A stretch of DNA of 64,000 nucleotides from positions 768,001 through 832,000 of the forward strand of contig OZ252287.1 in assembly GCA_965250085.1 (NCBI GenBank), given 5' to 3'. Both the position numbers and the translations under genes were made by a program. Of this stretch, positions 39,995-49,903 are shown piece after piece. The notes under the pieces were generated by a model. The model was not told the DNA's origin, did not search any database, and saw only the letters and a program-made list of their open reading frames with translations. How positions within the stretch are numbered: the first letter of the stretch is position 1; every line of letters begins with the position of its first letter. This stretch comes from Candidatus Altimarinota bacterium. GTDB taxonomy: Bacteria > Patescibacteriota > Gracilibacteria > CAIRYL01.

Positions 39995-40292
39995 ATTTAC
40001 ATATCATATAAACCCACCCAGCCTCCCTTTCCAAGGGATGAATTTTATTTTTCAAATCGAACGGTTGGCACAAAGTGCAACCACAAGGTGGGAACTTCTC
40101 GTCCCCTTTGGCTCTCCTCTATATTTTTTTGCTTTCTATTCAAAACGGACTTTTCCCCATATCTCATCACCAGAAAAAAAGGGGGTATACTTTTTCTATT
40201 ACTGCCATATACGCTTTGGAGCGATGCTGTATTGCAAATGATCAAATATTACAACCTGCAAAACTCAAACAGATCATGAGAGACACCTGCTA

Positions 40293-40562
40293 TTATTGAA
40301 AAAACACTTTGTATGCCCTTGAGCGATGTCTAATGCCGAAGATTTGAACTGTTCTTCCTTGAATTATATAGAGCACACGATAGTTCCCAACCCTTAAGCT
40401 TCTTGCGCCCGAAAGAGTATACTTAAGGGGCTTCCCAAATACTTTTGGATTTCTAGTAAGCTTTTTATCAATAACGGCTAGTATTATTTTTGCATTTGTT
40501 TTCGAAAGCCTTGGGATATCAGTTTTTCCTACAGCTCTTGCGTATTTAATTTTATATTTCAT
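40293..40562 (-). CDS. RelE/ParE-family toxin
   Basis: FGKPLK..LSG.RSLRVGNYRVLY...IRHRS; ATGA overlap with the antitoxin. Confidence 0.87.
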   Translation of the reverse strand: MKYKIKYARAVGKTDIPRLSKTNAKIILAVIDKKLTRNPKVFGKPLKYTLSGARSLRVGNYRVLYIIQGRTVQIFGIRHRSRAYKVFFQ

Positions 40563-40780
40563 GACCAAGCTTCTTCATGAGAGATAAACCCTTTGTTGTT
40601 TGCTATTCTTTCATCAACCAACTGGCTAAAATATATATCCTCTTGCAGTTCAATAGCTTCTTTGAGCAGCTCCACAGCTTTTGTAGAGAGAGGCATCTCA
40701 TCTTTTTTTGCGAGCTGGATAAGAGCTTCTTCCATCCATTTTGGAAGACTGAGATTTAGACGTTTTTTAGTAGTAGGCAT
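40559..40780 (-). CDS. RelB-like antitoxin
   Basis: KRLNLSL...AIELQED...ISHEEAW. Confidence 0.78.
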   Translation of the reverse strand: MPTTKKRLNLSLPKWMEEALIQLAKKDEMPLSTKAVELLKEAIELQEDIYFSQLVDERIANNKGFISHEEAWS

Positions 40781-40923
40781 AGAAACTTAATAAAAGTGTA
40801 ACACCATTGTAACACCTTTTCCCAGGAAATATCAAGATATTTTTGTGCAATCCACCACACAAACCCACCTCGCCTTCGGATTCGTCTGAGCTCATCGTCG
40901 AAGACCTTTTTAAGGGAAAGATT

Positions 40924-43320
40924 TTATTTCTCAAATCGAACGGTTGCACCTCGTTTTTTCAGTTCCTTCAGAATTTTTGTCCAGATCTCATCACGTTCTG
41001 TATCAGTGAGAGTTCTATCAGAAGCACGAAACTCAAAGGAAAGAGTGACGGATTTTTGCCCTTCAGGAATTCCCTCGCCCTCCCAGACTTCCATAACTTC
41101 TGAGTGTGCAATACGATCGTCAAGCTTTGTAAGTCCTTGCACAAGATTCTGTACCAGCATTTTTCGATCACAGAGAACAGATCGATCGAATGGAATTTCT
41201 TGGAATCGAGGCAGTGCCTTCATTTTTTGTGCCTTGTGCTTCATCACAGCAAGTGGTGAGAGCTGTAAGGAAAGAAATGATGTTTCTGTCGGAAGATCAA
41301 ATTCTTTGGAAACGCTTGGATGAAGCTGAGAAATGCTGATTCCACTTTTTCCAACCTTAAGAACGGCACTTTTTCCCGGATGTTCAAAGGAAAGTGGGAC
41401 TTGTGCTTCTTCGACTCGCGCTTTCCATCCATGAGCCGCACAGAGGACTTGGGCAAGTGATTTGGCAGCAAGAAATCCTTCTCCGACAAGAAGAGCCGTG
41501 ATGCGATGGTCTTCTTTTTTTTTGTTATTTCCAAAATAAAACACATTCCCGCTTTCAAAAATTCTGAAATTCTCCCGATACCTTCTGTTCTTTTCTGCCG
41601 TTTCCAGAAGGCGAGGAAGAAGGGCGGGTCTCATAAGACTCAGGTCTTCGGAAATTGGATTCTGAAGCGTGACAAAAGGAGCAAAGAGGTCACACTGTGA
41701 TCTTTTGAGCAGTTCTCCTCCCAAGAAATTCAGAGTGACAATTTCATGGCATTCATTACGAGTGAGCACTTGGGAAATACTTTTTTCCAGTTGTCTCTGG
41801 CGCTCAGGAGAAAACATCCGCACTTCTATCGCTGGAGATGTTTCTGGAATAGTGTTCAGTCCATAAATACGCATGACCTCTTCCACAACATCTTCTGGAA
41901 TACAAATATCTTTCTGTCTCCATTCGGGAATAGTGACGGCATAAGAATTTTTTTTGACTTCTACTCCAAATCCAAGATTGGTAAGAATTTTTTTGATTTC
42001 GGCATCTTTAATTTTTACACCGGCGATGCGATCTATGAGTTCAATAGGGACAGCGACTATTCGTTTTTTTTCTTGTATGTTCTTCTGATCCATAATTTCT
42101 GATGCGATCTGAGCATCAGGGAAAATATCAAGAAAAAGTTCAAGTGCTCTCATGAGTCCTTGTTCGGCCATAACAGGTGGAACAGATTTTTCATAGATAC
42201 CAGAGGCATCAGTACGAGGTCCTACATTCAGAGCAGTTCGGCGAATTCGTACCGGATCATAAACAGGAAAATGGAGAAGCAGATTTGTAGTCTCCTTTTG
42301 TACTGCAGAACTTTCTCCTCCCATTACTCCACACAGATCAAAAATACCGCTTTTTTCATCTTCAAACACTATTGTCTCTGGAGTGAGTTTGCGTGTTTCA
42401 CCATCGAGTGTCTTCATCGTCTCTCCTTTTTTGGCAAGCCTCATCTTCCACTGTTTCCCCACAAGACCTGCATCAAAGGCATGATTGGGGGCGCCATATT
42501 CCAGCATGACATAATTGGTAATATCGACAATGGCGGAAATAGGGCGGATATCACACGCATTGAGGCGTTTTTGCATCCATTCTGGAGAAGAAGCGTTGCC
42601 GTCTACTCCAGTAAGATATACCGCCAGGTAGCGGGGGCAAATGTCTGCATCTTTGGGAATGGTGATCTGAATGGGAAGTTTTGTTTTCGGAATTTTCTTT
42701 TGTAGTGGCACAAAATTTTGTGCCCCTTTTGTTTTTCTGAGTTTTCCCAATCCACATGCCGCTACCTCCCTTGCAAAACCAATATAGGAAAACAAATCCG
42801 GACGATTGGTAATAGTCGTGTTTTCAATATCGAGTACTGTATCTCCTCCAAATTGGTAGTCAAAAAAGCTTTTCCCGACAGGAGCATCTGTTCCGAGCAA
42901 ATAAATCTCTTTATTCTCAGAAGCTCCCATGTGCAGCTCATCAGGAGAGCAGATCATACCGTCGGATTCTTCTCCGCGAATTTTTATTTTCTTAATTTTG
43001 ATCTCACCCCAGAGATTAGCCCCTGGAAGAGCTACGGGGACACATTCTCCTTCTTTGAGATTGCTTCCTCCACACACAATATGGTGTATTTTGCCATTTC
43101 CCACATCCACTTGGGCACACCAGAGCGTGTCGGCATTTGAATGTTTAGCGACTTTCATAATTTTTCCTACTACGACATTTTGCAATGCTTCCTTCTCCTC
43201 ATTCTTCATTATGATTTCATCAACTTCCGCCGCACGCTCGGTAAGAACTTCTGCAATGTGGCTCGGGTCCGACTCGGTAAAATCTACAAAGTCCGAAATC
43301 CATTCAAGTGATATTTTCAT
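40924..43320 (-). CDS. pheT: Phenylalanine--tRNA ligase beta subunit
   Basis: MKISLEWISDFV, TNRPD, VDITNYVMLE.G.P.HAFD, C-terminal FDX-ACB domain. Confidence 0.96.
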   Translation of the reverse strand: MKISLEWISDFVDFTESDPSHIAEVLTERAAEVDEIIMKNEEKEALQNVVVGKIMKVAKHSNADTLWCAQVDVGNGKIHHIVCGGSNLKEGECVPVALPGANLWGEIKIKKIKIRGEESDGMICSPDELHMGASENKEIYLLGTDAPVGKSFFDYQFGGDTVLDIENTTITNRPDLFSYIGFAREVAACGLGKLRKTKGAQNFVPLQKKIPKTKLPIQITIPKDADICPRYLAVYLTGVDGNASSPEWMQKRLNACDIRPISAIVDITNYVMLEYGAPNHAFDAGLVGKQWKMRLAKKGETMKTLDGETRKLTPETIVFEDEKSGIFDLCGVMGGESSAVQKETTNLLLHFPVYDPVRIRRTALNVGPRTDASGIYEKSVPPVMAEQGLMRALELFLDIFPDAQIASEIMDQKNIQEKKRIVAVPIELIDRIAGVKIKDAEIKKILTNLGFGVEVKKNSYAVTIPEWRQKDICIPEDVVEEVMRIYGLNTIPETSPAIEVRMFSPERQRQLEKSISQVLTRNECHEIVTLNFLGGELLKRSQCDLFAPFVTLQNPISEDLSLMRPALLPRLLETAEKNRRYRENFRIFESGNVFYFGNNKKKEDHRITALLVGEGFLAAKSLAQVLCAAHGWKARVEEAQVPLSFEHPGKSAVLKVGKSGISISQLHPSVSKEFDLPTETSFLSLQLSPLAVMKHKAQKMKALPRFQEIPFDRSVLCDRKMLVQNLVQGLTKLDDRIAHSEVMEVWEGEGIPEGQKSVTLSFEFRASDRTLTDTERDEIWTKILKELKKRGATVRFEK

Positions 43321-43445
43321 TCCTCCAAAAGAAAAATTCCTGCAAATTATAGAGGGAAAGAGCAAAACTCCCAAGAGAATACGGGAATGTTGAATGATAT
43401 CGTTGGCGATATTGTGTATCATTGTATCAGTGATCTTGAGATACG

Positions 43446-43535
43446 AATTTTTAATTTTAAAATAATTTTTAATTTTTAAGATTTAAAAATTAGTTTTTAT
43501 TTAGAAATTAGAAGTTATGAATTAGAAATTTTTAA
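43446..43535. repeat. Degenerate AT-rich 7-bp repeats
   Basis: aattttt and aaattag units. Confidence 0.55.
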
Positions 43536-43624
43536 AAATGTGCCCCTTCATAATATCTACTCTACAGCTCGATACTTGACACATATCTATGGTTATGTAT
43601 AATAATCTACTTTTTGTTTCCGGC

Positions 43625-44467
43625 ATGAAAAATCTCTTTCTCCTTGTTTCCAGCACTCTCCTTCTGATTGCATTTGTCCATGTTTCTTCTGCAAACGTAG
43701 GCAGGACCAATAGATCTGGATGCCATGTATGCACTCACAATTGTGAAGCATTACGACTTGCCGAGGGAGAGTTGCATTGTCATTTAAAAATCACCTCTAA
43801 ATTTTTAACTGTTTCTTCTCCTTTTTGCCCAGAAAAATCTTCATATAATCGATCTCATGGAAGGTGTCAGTGTTTTCAAGGGCACTTTGCCAAAGGAGAC
43901 AAATGTGTGCCATATATTCCTCTCTCTGAAAGGTGTGCTTTTCCGGAGAAAGACCGAAGATACTTCAATCGTCCATGGTGCACTCAAGAGCCTTCAAAGC
44001 AAGCAATGTGCCTAAGAGAATTTGGGAAGCATGCGGTTTATACATCTCAGGCAAAATCGTGTACATGTGCAGATGGATATACCATGACTGCTCAGGGAAC
44101 GTGTAAAGTTTTTGCTCCCTCTAAAAATACACAAAGTATTTCTGAAACATCTCACTACCAAGCGTTCACGAGAGAGCCTGTCTCTCTCGGAAAATGGATT
44201 TTTACTTCTCAAAAATTAAAAAGAGGACGGTCTCTTTTTGGAGAACTTTCTTGGAGTTTTTCTGATAATACGCTTACTACTCAGGTCAGAAAATATCGCA
44301 TACAGGTAGGAGATAGGACTCTCGGTAAGTGGGTGGAAGAAAAATATGTCTCCTCTTCAGTTCATAAAATACAATTTCCATACTCAGAAGATCATTCTTA
44401 TAAAGTATTCCTAAAGGCATTTGATGCAGACTGGAAAACGATTCAGGAAATTATGATTGAACTCTAA
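43625..44467 (+). CDS. Secreted Cys-rich protein with YHYH-like N-terminus
   Basis: Signal peptide; GRTNRSGCH...LHCH; EGF-like CxC..G motifs. Confidence 0.7.
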   Translation: MKNLFLLVSSTLLLIAFVHVSSANVGRTNRSGCHVCTHNCEALRLAEGELHCHLKITSKFLTVSSPFCPEKSSYNRSHGRCQCFQGHFAKGDKCVPYIPLSERCAFPEKDRRYFNRPWCTQEPSKQAMCLREFGKHAVYTSQAKSCTCADGYTMTAQGTCKVFAPSKNTQSISETSHYQAFTREPVSLGKWIFTSQKLKRGRSLFGELSWSFSDNTLTTQVRKYRIQVGDRTLGKWVEEKYVSSSVHKIQFPYSEDHSYKVFLKAFDADWKTIQEIMIEL

Positions 44468-44532
44468 AAATCGAGTGAAAAAAAGAAGATGACCATAGAG
44501 ATTGGCTTTATCTTTTTGTTTCTTACGACCCA

Positions 44533-45402
44533 TTACATCTTGCTTCCCACGTTCCAGAGTTCTTTTGCCGCTTGCTCTGCCGCATTTTTTGCGCATTCTA
44601 TAAAAAGATCTTCTGGGGCATTTTTTTGTCGATAGGCAAAAAGAATTCCTCGTGAAGAGTTTATGATAGCTCCTTTTGCTCCAGCATAAAATGCTGGCTG
44701 CACATCTTCTGCTCCTCCTCCTTGAGTGCCATAGCCAGGCACAAGGAATATCTGCTGAGGCATGTCTTGTCTCAGAAGTTTTATTTCATCTGGGTATGTG
44801 GCTCCTACTACAGCTCCAACAGAAGAGAGTTTACTTTCCCCTACAAAATTTTCTCCCCAAAGAGCAACTTTTCTCGCTACGTGTTCATGAAAAAGTTCAT
44901 CTCCTACTGCGAGATCTTGAAATTCACCGCTACTTGGATTTGAAGTTTTTACGAGAACAAAAATTCCTTTCTCATTTTGAACACATTTTTCAAGAAAAGG
45001 AGTAATGCCATCGATTCCCAAAAATGGTGTTACCGTCAGTGCATCGTATGGTTTTTGTGCTCCCAAGTATGCCTCTGCATAAGCTTTTGCAGTGGATCCG
45101 ATGTCATTTTTCTTTCCATCGGCAAGAACAAGAAGGCCTCTTTTTTGTGCAAAAGTACAAATCTGTTCCAACGCGTCTATGCCTTCTGCTCCAAAGATTT
45201 CAAAAAAGGCGAGTTGTACCTTTACAATCGCAGTGTACTCAGAGACAGATTCTATAATCTCTGAACAAAATGTTATGAGTGCCTCTTTTGGACGTTGTTT
45301 TTGAAATTTTTTTGGTAACAGATCCCAATGTGGATCAATCCCCACACATAATGGAGATTGCTTTTTTTGAACTTGCTCGGAAAGTTTGTCTGCAAAATGC
45401 AC
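44533..45402 (-). CDS. pyrF: Orotidine-5'-phosphate decarboxylase
   Basis: LCVGIDP, DGKKNDIGST, KTSNP, VVGAT, PGYG.QGG, NSSRGI. Confidence 0.95.
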   Translation of the reverse strand: MHFADKLSEQVQKKQSPLCVGIDPHWDLLPKKFQKQRPKEALITFCSEIIESVSEYTAIVKVQLAFFEIFGAEGIDALEQICTFAQKRGLLVLADGKKNDIGSTAKAYAEAYLGAQKPYDALTVTPFLGIDGITPFLEKCVQNEKGIFVLVKTSNPSSGEFQDLAVGDELFHEHVARKVALWGENFVGESKLSSVGAVVGATYPDEIKLLRQDMPQQIFLVPGYGTQGGGAEDVQPAFYAGAKGAIINSSRGILFAYRQKNAPEDLFIECAKNAAEQAAKELWNVGSKM

Positions 45403-45443
45403 TTCTTAAAATAATTTAAATTTTAAAATTCAACATTTAGAAT

Positions 45444-45821
45444 CTATGCAAATTCCCTTCTTTCCTGAGAGCCTTTTTGAATACGCTTTTGAAGCCTTCT
45501 TAAATAGCGGACCTTGCGATAGACAAAATAAAGAACACAAACACTCAGCACAGCAAACCAGATTCTCATAGAAAGAACTGGGAGAGATTCAAGTTGCGCC
45601 CAGAGCAAAAGAAGATACAAAATTCCTAAAAACTTGAGCCCAAAAGAGGATTTCTTAAATGTTTTGTGTAGTGCTTTTGATGAATTCTTTGAAAATATAA
45701 TTTTTCCAAAAACTCCCAGAAGAACGAGTGCTGATCCCCAGCAAAGAATAACCGCTAAAATCCAAAGAGGCTCTGTTTCTCCTCCTTGCTTGCTTGTGAA
45801 AAAAATCTCTACGATATCCAT
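45444..45821 (-). CDS. Small membrane protein
   Basis: Three hydrophobic helices; LPVLSMRIW. Confidence 0.65.
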   Translation of the reverse strand: MDIVEIFFTSKQGGETEPLWILAVILCWGSALVLLGVFGKIIFSKNSSKALHKTFKKSSFGLKFLGILYLLLLWAQLESLPVLSMRIWFAVLSVCVLYFVYRKVRYLRRLQKRIQKGSQERREFA

Positions 45822-45900
45822 GTGTTTCAAAAAAATATTCGCTGACATACTGTATCATGTCTCTTTAGGGGAAAAAACTACTTTTCCCTCTCATGATAAA

Positions 45901-46773
45901 CTACTTTGATACAGTATCTTTTTCCCCTTGAGGCATTCTTCTCTGGTTGTGATGGGGCAAAATTTCTGGATGTGTAAAGATTAAGAGGAAAAATCCAGAT
46001 CCAAGCATACAGAAAAAGCTTAGAACTTGAGATATTCTCAAGTCTTCAAAAAACCAAAACGAAAAAGTTGGAACAGAGTCCCCTCTAAAAAATTCCAACA
46101 TTGTATTTCCAAAAAATACAAGGAATACAAGTGCTGCAAAGAAGGTGCCATGCTTTTGAAATTTATCACTTCTCCACCATCTGAGTCCTACATAAAATAA
46201 AAATCCGTAGTAGAGGGCTGTATACAGTTGTACTGGGTGGAGTGGTACCGCATATCGGACTTCTTGTACTGCATACGTTATGCCCAAAAAAAATCCATCT
46301 GAAACCGGCTTCCCGTATCCCCAGCCGGAAAAAAATGATCCAATGCTCCAAAAAATAAGGAGGAGGATTGTGGGAAGAACGAAGGCATCAAGCCATTTCC
46401 ACAAATCTTCTTTTTGACGATATGCAACAAGAAAAAAAACTGCTAAAAATCCAAGGGCGGTCCAAAAGGGATCAAGCCCTCCATGCCAAAAAAAGAAAAA
46501 TTTTTCCAAAAAGAGAGAGGTCTTTTCAAAGAAATGCATGTTGTTGGATTCACTTTGAAAGTGTGACCAAAATTTAAAAATTTCTCCAAGTCTGCCTGCT
46601 ACAAACGCTACTCCCGCAAAAAGAAACAGGTTTTTATAAAGAAACATAAGTGAAAGTTCCTTTTCATGGACCGTGCGTGTTAGGACCCAAGTAGCAGAAA
46701 TAACCCCAAAAAGGAATATCGTTCCCCCTGTGGAAAATGAAAAAGGTCCGATTGGAAAAAGTGCAAGATTCAT
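45901..46773 (-). CDS. lgt: Prolipoprotein diacylglyceryl transferase family
   Basis: AGRL, HGGL, IGSFFSG..YG, HPVQLY, LEFFRGD. Confidence 0.8.
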   Translation of the reverse strand: MNLALFPIGPFSFSTGGTIFLFGVISATWVLTRTVHEKELSLMFLYKNLFLFAGVAFVAGRLGEIFKFWSHFQSESNNMHFFEKTSLFLEKFFFFWHGGLDPFWTALGFLAVFFLVAYRQKEDLWKWLDAFVLPTILLLIFWSIGSFFSGWGYGKPVSDGFFLGITYAVQEVRYAVPLHPVQLYTALYYGFLFYVGLRWWRSDKFQKHGTFFAALVFLVFFGNTMLEFFRGDSVPTFSFWFFEDLRISQVLSFFCMLGSGFFLLIFTHPEILPHHNQRRMPQGEKDTVSK

Positions 46774-46795
46774 AAAGCAATTAATGAAATATTTC

Positions 46796-48217
46796 TCAAA
46801 AATTTACGACATACAGTACATAAAGTACAAAGCTGCCAAGAGAGCTCAGTGTAAAAAGAACATGCCTCCCTTTTAAAAAATAGTGCCAAATACTAATATT
46901 AGCAGAGGCAAATAAAAGGAATGCGGTGAAAAAGAAAAGAAATGGTGTGGAAAAAAGGCTTTGGAAAAATGGAGTTAAAAATGAATTTCCCTTGAGAAAG
47001 GAATATCCGGCTATGAAGAAAAAAAGCACATAAAACGAGAGGAGCCATCCGAGAAAAAGACGTAATTCACTTAAGATGATGTGAAGTGTCCTCGAGGAAT
47101 TAAATCGTGAAAAAGTTCCTATCACAGAAGAGTTTTCTTGTTCTTCTTGTCTTTTTTTAGAAATCTCTCTGATATGTGCCCATTTTTGCTTTCGATCCTC
47201 AGAACGAAGTGTCAAAAGAGCATCTGTAATAAGCTTTGCTCGTGTAAATGCATAATGCATTCCTGATTGTAATTCAGGAGAGGTTTTTGCCTCTGGAAAA
47301 AGGTTATTTGAGCTTTTTTTTGCTATTTTGGATAGATGCCCTGAGATAGATTTGAGTTGACCCAATGTCATCGTATTTTTTGCTGATTTTTTATGAGTCG
47401 CGCCCTGCATTATCTCTTGAAACTTCTCCTCCAAATCATCTTCTCCTGTGTGTTTTTTGTGACGAGGTGATGCAGTAGTGTCATACCCTGTATCGGCAAC
47501 TGCAGGCGATTGATTCTGAGCGATGACTTGCTGAATACTCGTTAAAAGCTCTTCTGCAAGTTGTTGCATATATGAAATATTGTTTGAAAGGCGAAGTCTC
47601 ATCAGAGTGTCTACATTATTTTTGATATTTCGAAATTGTTCTCCACTCATATGTTTTTTATGTTTTTCCAATATCTCCTCTCCTTTTTTTGTAACAATCT
47701 CCATTTCCTCCAGAATTGCCTTTCTTTGTTGTTCAAAATTTGCATCAACAACAACGGTATTAGCCTCTTCCGTGCTTTCTGGTTTCGCAAATTCTATGCC
47801 CAGTTCTTGCTCAATTTGTTTTTGAAGTTCTGATAACCCCTTTTTTCCTTCTTCTTCACGATTCTCCTCTGGAAGAGTGGCATTGCATACAGAAAGTACT
47901 TGAAATCGATATTCTGACACGAGTCTTCTGTATGCTGTTCCGCGATTCTCTGCATCTATTGTTCCGGTTGTTTTTTTCCCATTTTCATCAAGAACAAGAA
48001 ACCAAAAACTTTTTGCTGTATTTGCTGTTTTCTCCTTCTTGCTTATCTCTTCAGCGTCTTCAGTCTGAATGTTTTGATCTTGCTCTTCTTCAGAAACTTC
48101 TAAAACAGAGAGTCCCATTTTATGGAGTTCTTCTTTTGCGCTTTTTGCATCCTGGACATCTATAGTCCCTGTTACTTTTTGATATTTGCTATTGAGAGCT
48201 ACATAGAGAAACTGCAT
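46796..48217 (-). CDS. Membrane protein with two PilC/GspF-like N-terminal modules
   Basis: FLYVALN...TGTIDV.D and FLVLDENGKKTTGTIDAEN; C-terminal TM helices. Confidence 0.6.
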   Translation of the reverse strand: MQFLYVALNSKYQKVTGTIDVQDAKSAKEELHKMGLSVLEVSEEEQDQNIQTEDAEEISKKEKTANTAKSFWFLVLDENGKKTTGTIDAENRGTAYRRLVSEYRFQVLSVCNATLPEENREEEGKKGLSELQKQIEQELGIEFAKPESTEEANTVVVDANFEQQRKAILEEMEIVTKKGEEILEKHKKHMSGEQFRNIKNNVDTLMRLRLSNNISYMQQLAEELLTSIQQVIAQNQSPAVADTGYDTTASPRHKKHTGEDDLEEKFQEIMQGATHKKSAKNTMTLGQLKSISGHLSKIAKKSSNNLFPEAKTSPELQSGMHYAFTRAKLITDALLTLRSEDRKQKWAHIREISKKRQEEQENSSVIGTFSRFNSSRTLHIILSELRLFLGWLLSFYVLFFFIAGYSFLKGNSFLTPFFQSLFSTPFLFFFTAFLLFASANISIWHYFLKGRHVLFTLSSLGSFVLYVLYVVNF

Positions 48218-48333
48218 GTATTTTCACAATAAAAAATCATCCATAAGTATACCAAATTTACATGACATAAGAACAATCTTGTCAGTTCTGTATATTTTTG
48301 TGACAATCATAAAGTATCAAAAAGAACCAAACT

Positions 48334-49803
48334 ATGAATCGTTTTTTGTTTTCATTCCTTGCAATCTCGCTTGCAATCTTCTGTATTGGAGCGCTTCGAT
48401 TTTTTTATCCAGAGTTATTTTCAGAAAACCTTATCCCTTTCGTTCAGAATATTATTTCATCTGACAAAGACACTGTTCCTTCTGAAGACTTAAAAAATGG
48501 CGAAGTCGAGAATAAGGATATCCAGGATTACCTTTCTGATACCATTGCCGAAAAGACACCAGAAGATGAGCATGCTCTTTTTGAGCGCGCTCAAAAGTTT
48601 TTTTTGCACAATGCCCTTCTCTTTGCAGAACGAGACCTTCTTGTCCTCATAGAAAAAAATTCTGAATATAAAGAAGCTCGTTTGCTTTTGATAAAACTCT
48701 ATATTCGCAAGCGTGATTTTGAAACAGCTGAAAAAATAGCAAAGGAATCCCTTCAATTATTCCCCAACGATCAGAAGTTTTTAGTGCCTTTAGGCGATTT
48801 ATTTTTGCAACAGGGGCATATTGAAGAAGCAAAAACTACATTTTCTGCATTGTTGGAAACTGCTGCTGAAAGAAATTTTTTTCTGGGTATCATTGCTTTA
48901 GTAGAAAAAAACTATACCGAAGGAAAGTTGCTATTGGAGGCAGCAAGTGAAAATGAAATTTTTCGTACAAGAAGCAATCTGCTCTTGGCAGCATTTAAAG
49001 AGTATGATCTCTTCCCAGACGGGAGCCCCTTACACTTGGAAACGTTGCTTGCAAAAGTGTTAAATGATATTGAATTTTTTGAGCTTTCGCTGCTTCTTTC
49101 AAAAAATGTTCTTTTAGAAAACACAGAATATAGAGATGCATGGCTCATAAATGGGTACTCACACCTGAGTATGGGGAAATATGAATTTGCACAGAATGCA
49201 TTCCAAAGAGCTTTTGAAATAGATCCTGTCAATCCGGTAACAGCATATTATGTCGGAATAACTCTCAAAAGATTGCAAGACTTTGATACGGCTCTTAATT
49301 TTTTCCAACGCGCTCAAAAAAACGGATTCTCTCCTGAATCAGAGATTCTTCGTGAAATGGCAGACACCTATTATTTGCAAGAAAACTACACTCTTTCTCT
49401 GGAGACGCTAGAGCAGTCACTTACTCTTTCTGTACAAGATGTCAGTGAGTTTATACGACCAATACATGTCGCTCTCAATTTTTTAAAAAATCCAGAACTT
49501 GGTATAAAATTTGGAAATTCTGCGGTAGAAAAATATCCTGATGTCGCTATGGCGTACAATCTCAGAGGATGGGCCTATTTGGAGAATAATGATCTTGTGA
49601 GTGCAGAAAATGACCTCCAAACAGCACTGCAAAAAGACAATCAGCTTTCTGCCGCGTATCTGAATCTTGGAAAACTGAGAGAAGTTCAGAAACGCTGGGA
49701 AGAGGCTCTTGATTTATATGAAAAAGTATATGAACTTGATCCTTTTAGCGATATTGGTCGATCTGCTGTACAGCGCTATAATGCACTTGTTGATCTCTCA
49801 TAA
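48334..49803 (+). CDS. Membrane-anchored TPR protein
   Basis: Repeated TPR patterns (AYNLRGWAY, AYLNLGKL...YELDP). Confidence 0.85.
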   Translation: MNRFLFSFLAISLAIFCIGALRFFYPELFSENLIPFVQNIISSDKDTVPSEDLKNGEVENKDIQDYLSDTIAEKTPEDEHALFERAQKFFLHNALLFAERDLLVLIEKNSEYKEARLLLIKLYIRKRDFETAEKIAKESLQLFPNDQKFLVPLGDLFLQQGHIEEAKTTFSALLETAAERNFFLGIIALVEKNYTEGKLLLEAASENEIFRTRSNLLLAAFKEYDLFPDGSPLHLETLLAKVLNDIEFFELSLLLSKNVLLENTEYRDAWLINGYSHLSMGKYEFAQNAFQRAFEIDPVNPVTAYYVGITLKRLQDFDTALNFFQRAQKNGFSPESEILREMADTYYLQENYTLSLETLEQSLTLSVQDVSEFIRPIHVALNFLKNPELGIKFGNSAVEKYPDVAMAYNLRGWAYLENNDLVSAENDLQTALQKDNQLSAAYLNLGKLREVQKRWEEALDLYEKVYELDPFSDIGRSAVQRYNALVDLS

Positions 49804-49903
49804 ACTTCTTTCTGCTTTGTCGCAAAGCAAGAAAGTATTTTTTTCCTTCTCGAAGAAACAGGGTTCTTAGGATGCCTCCAGAATAAGAAATGCAATGGGG
49901 CTT

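Noticed and set aside
39338-40170. TGATGAG...GAAA as a hammerhead ribozyme core
   Set aside because: Lacks the CUGANGA core and the required stems; better explained as pheT DEIW codons.
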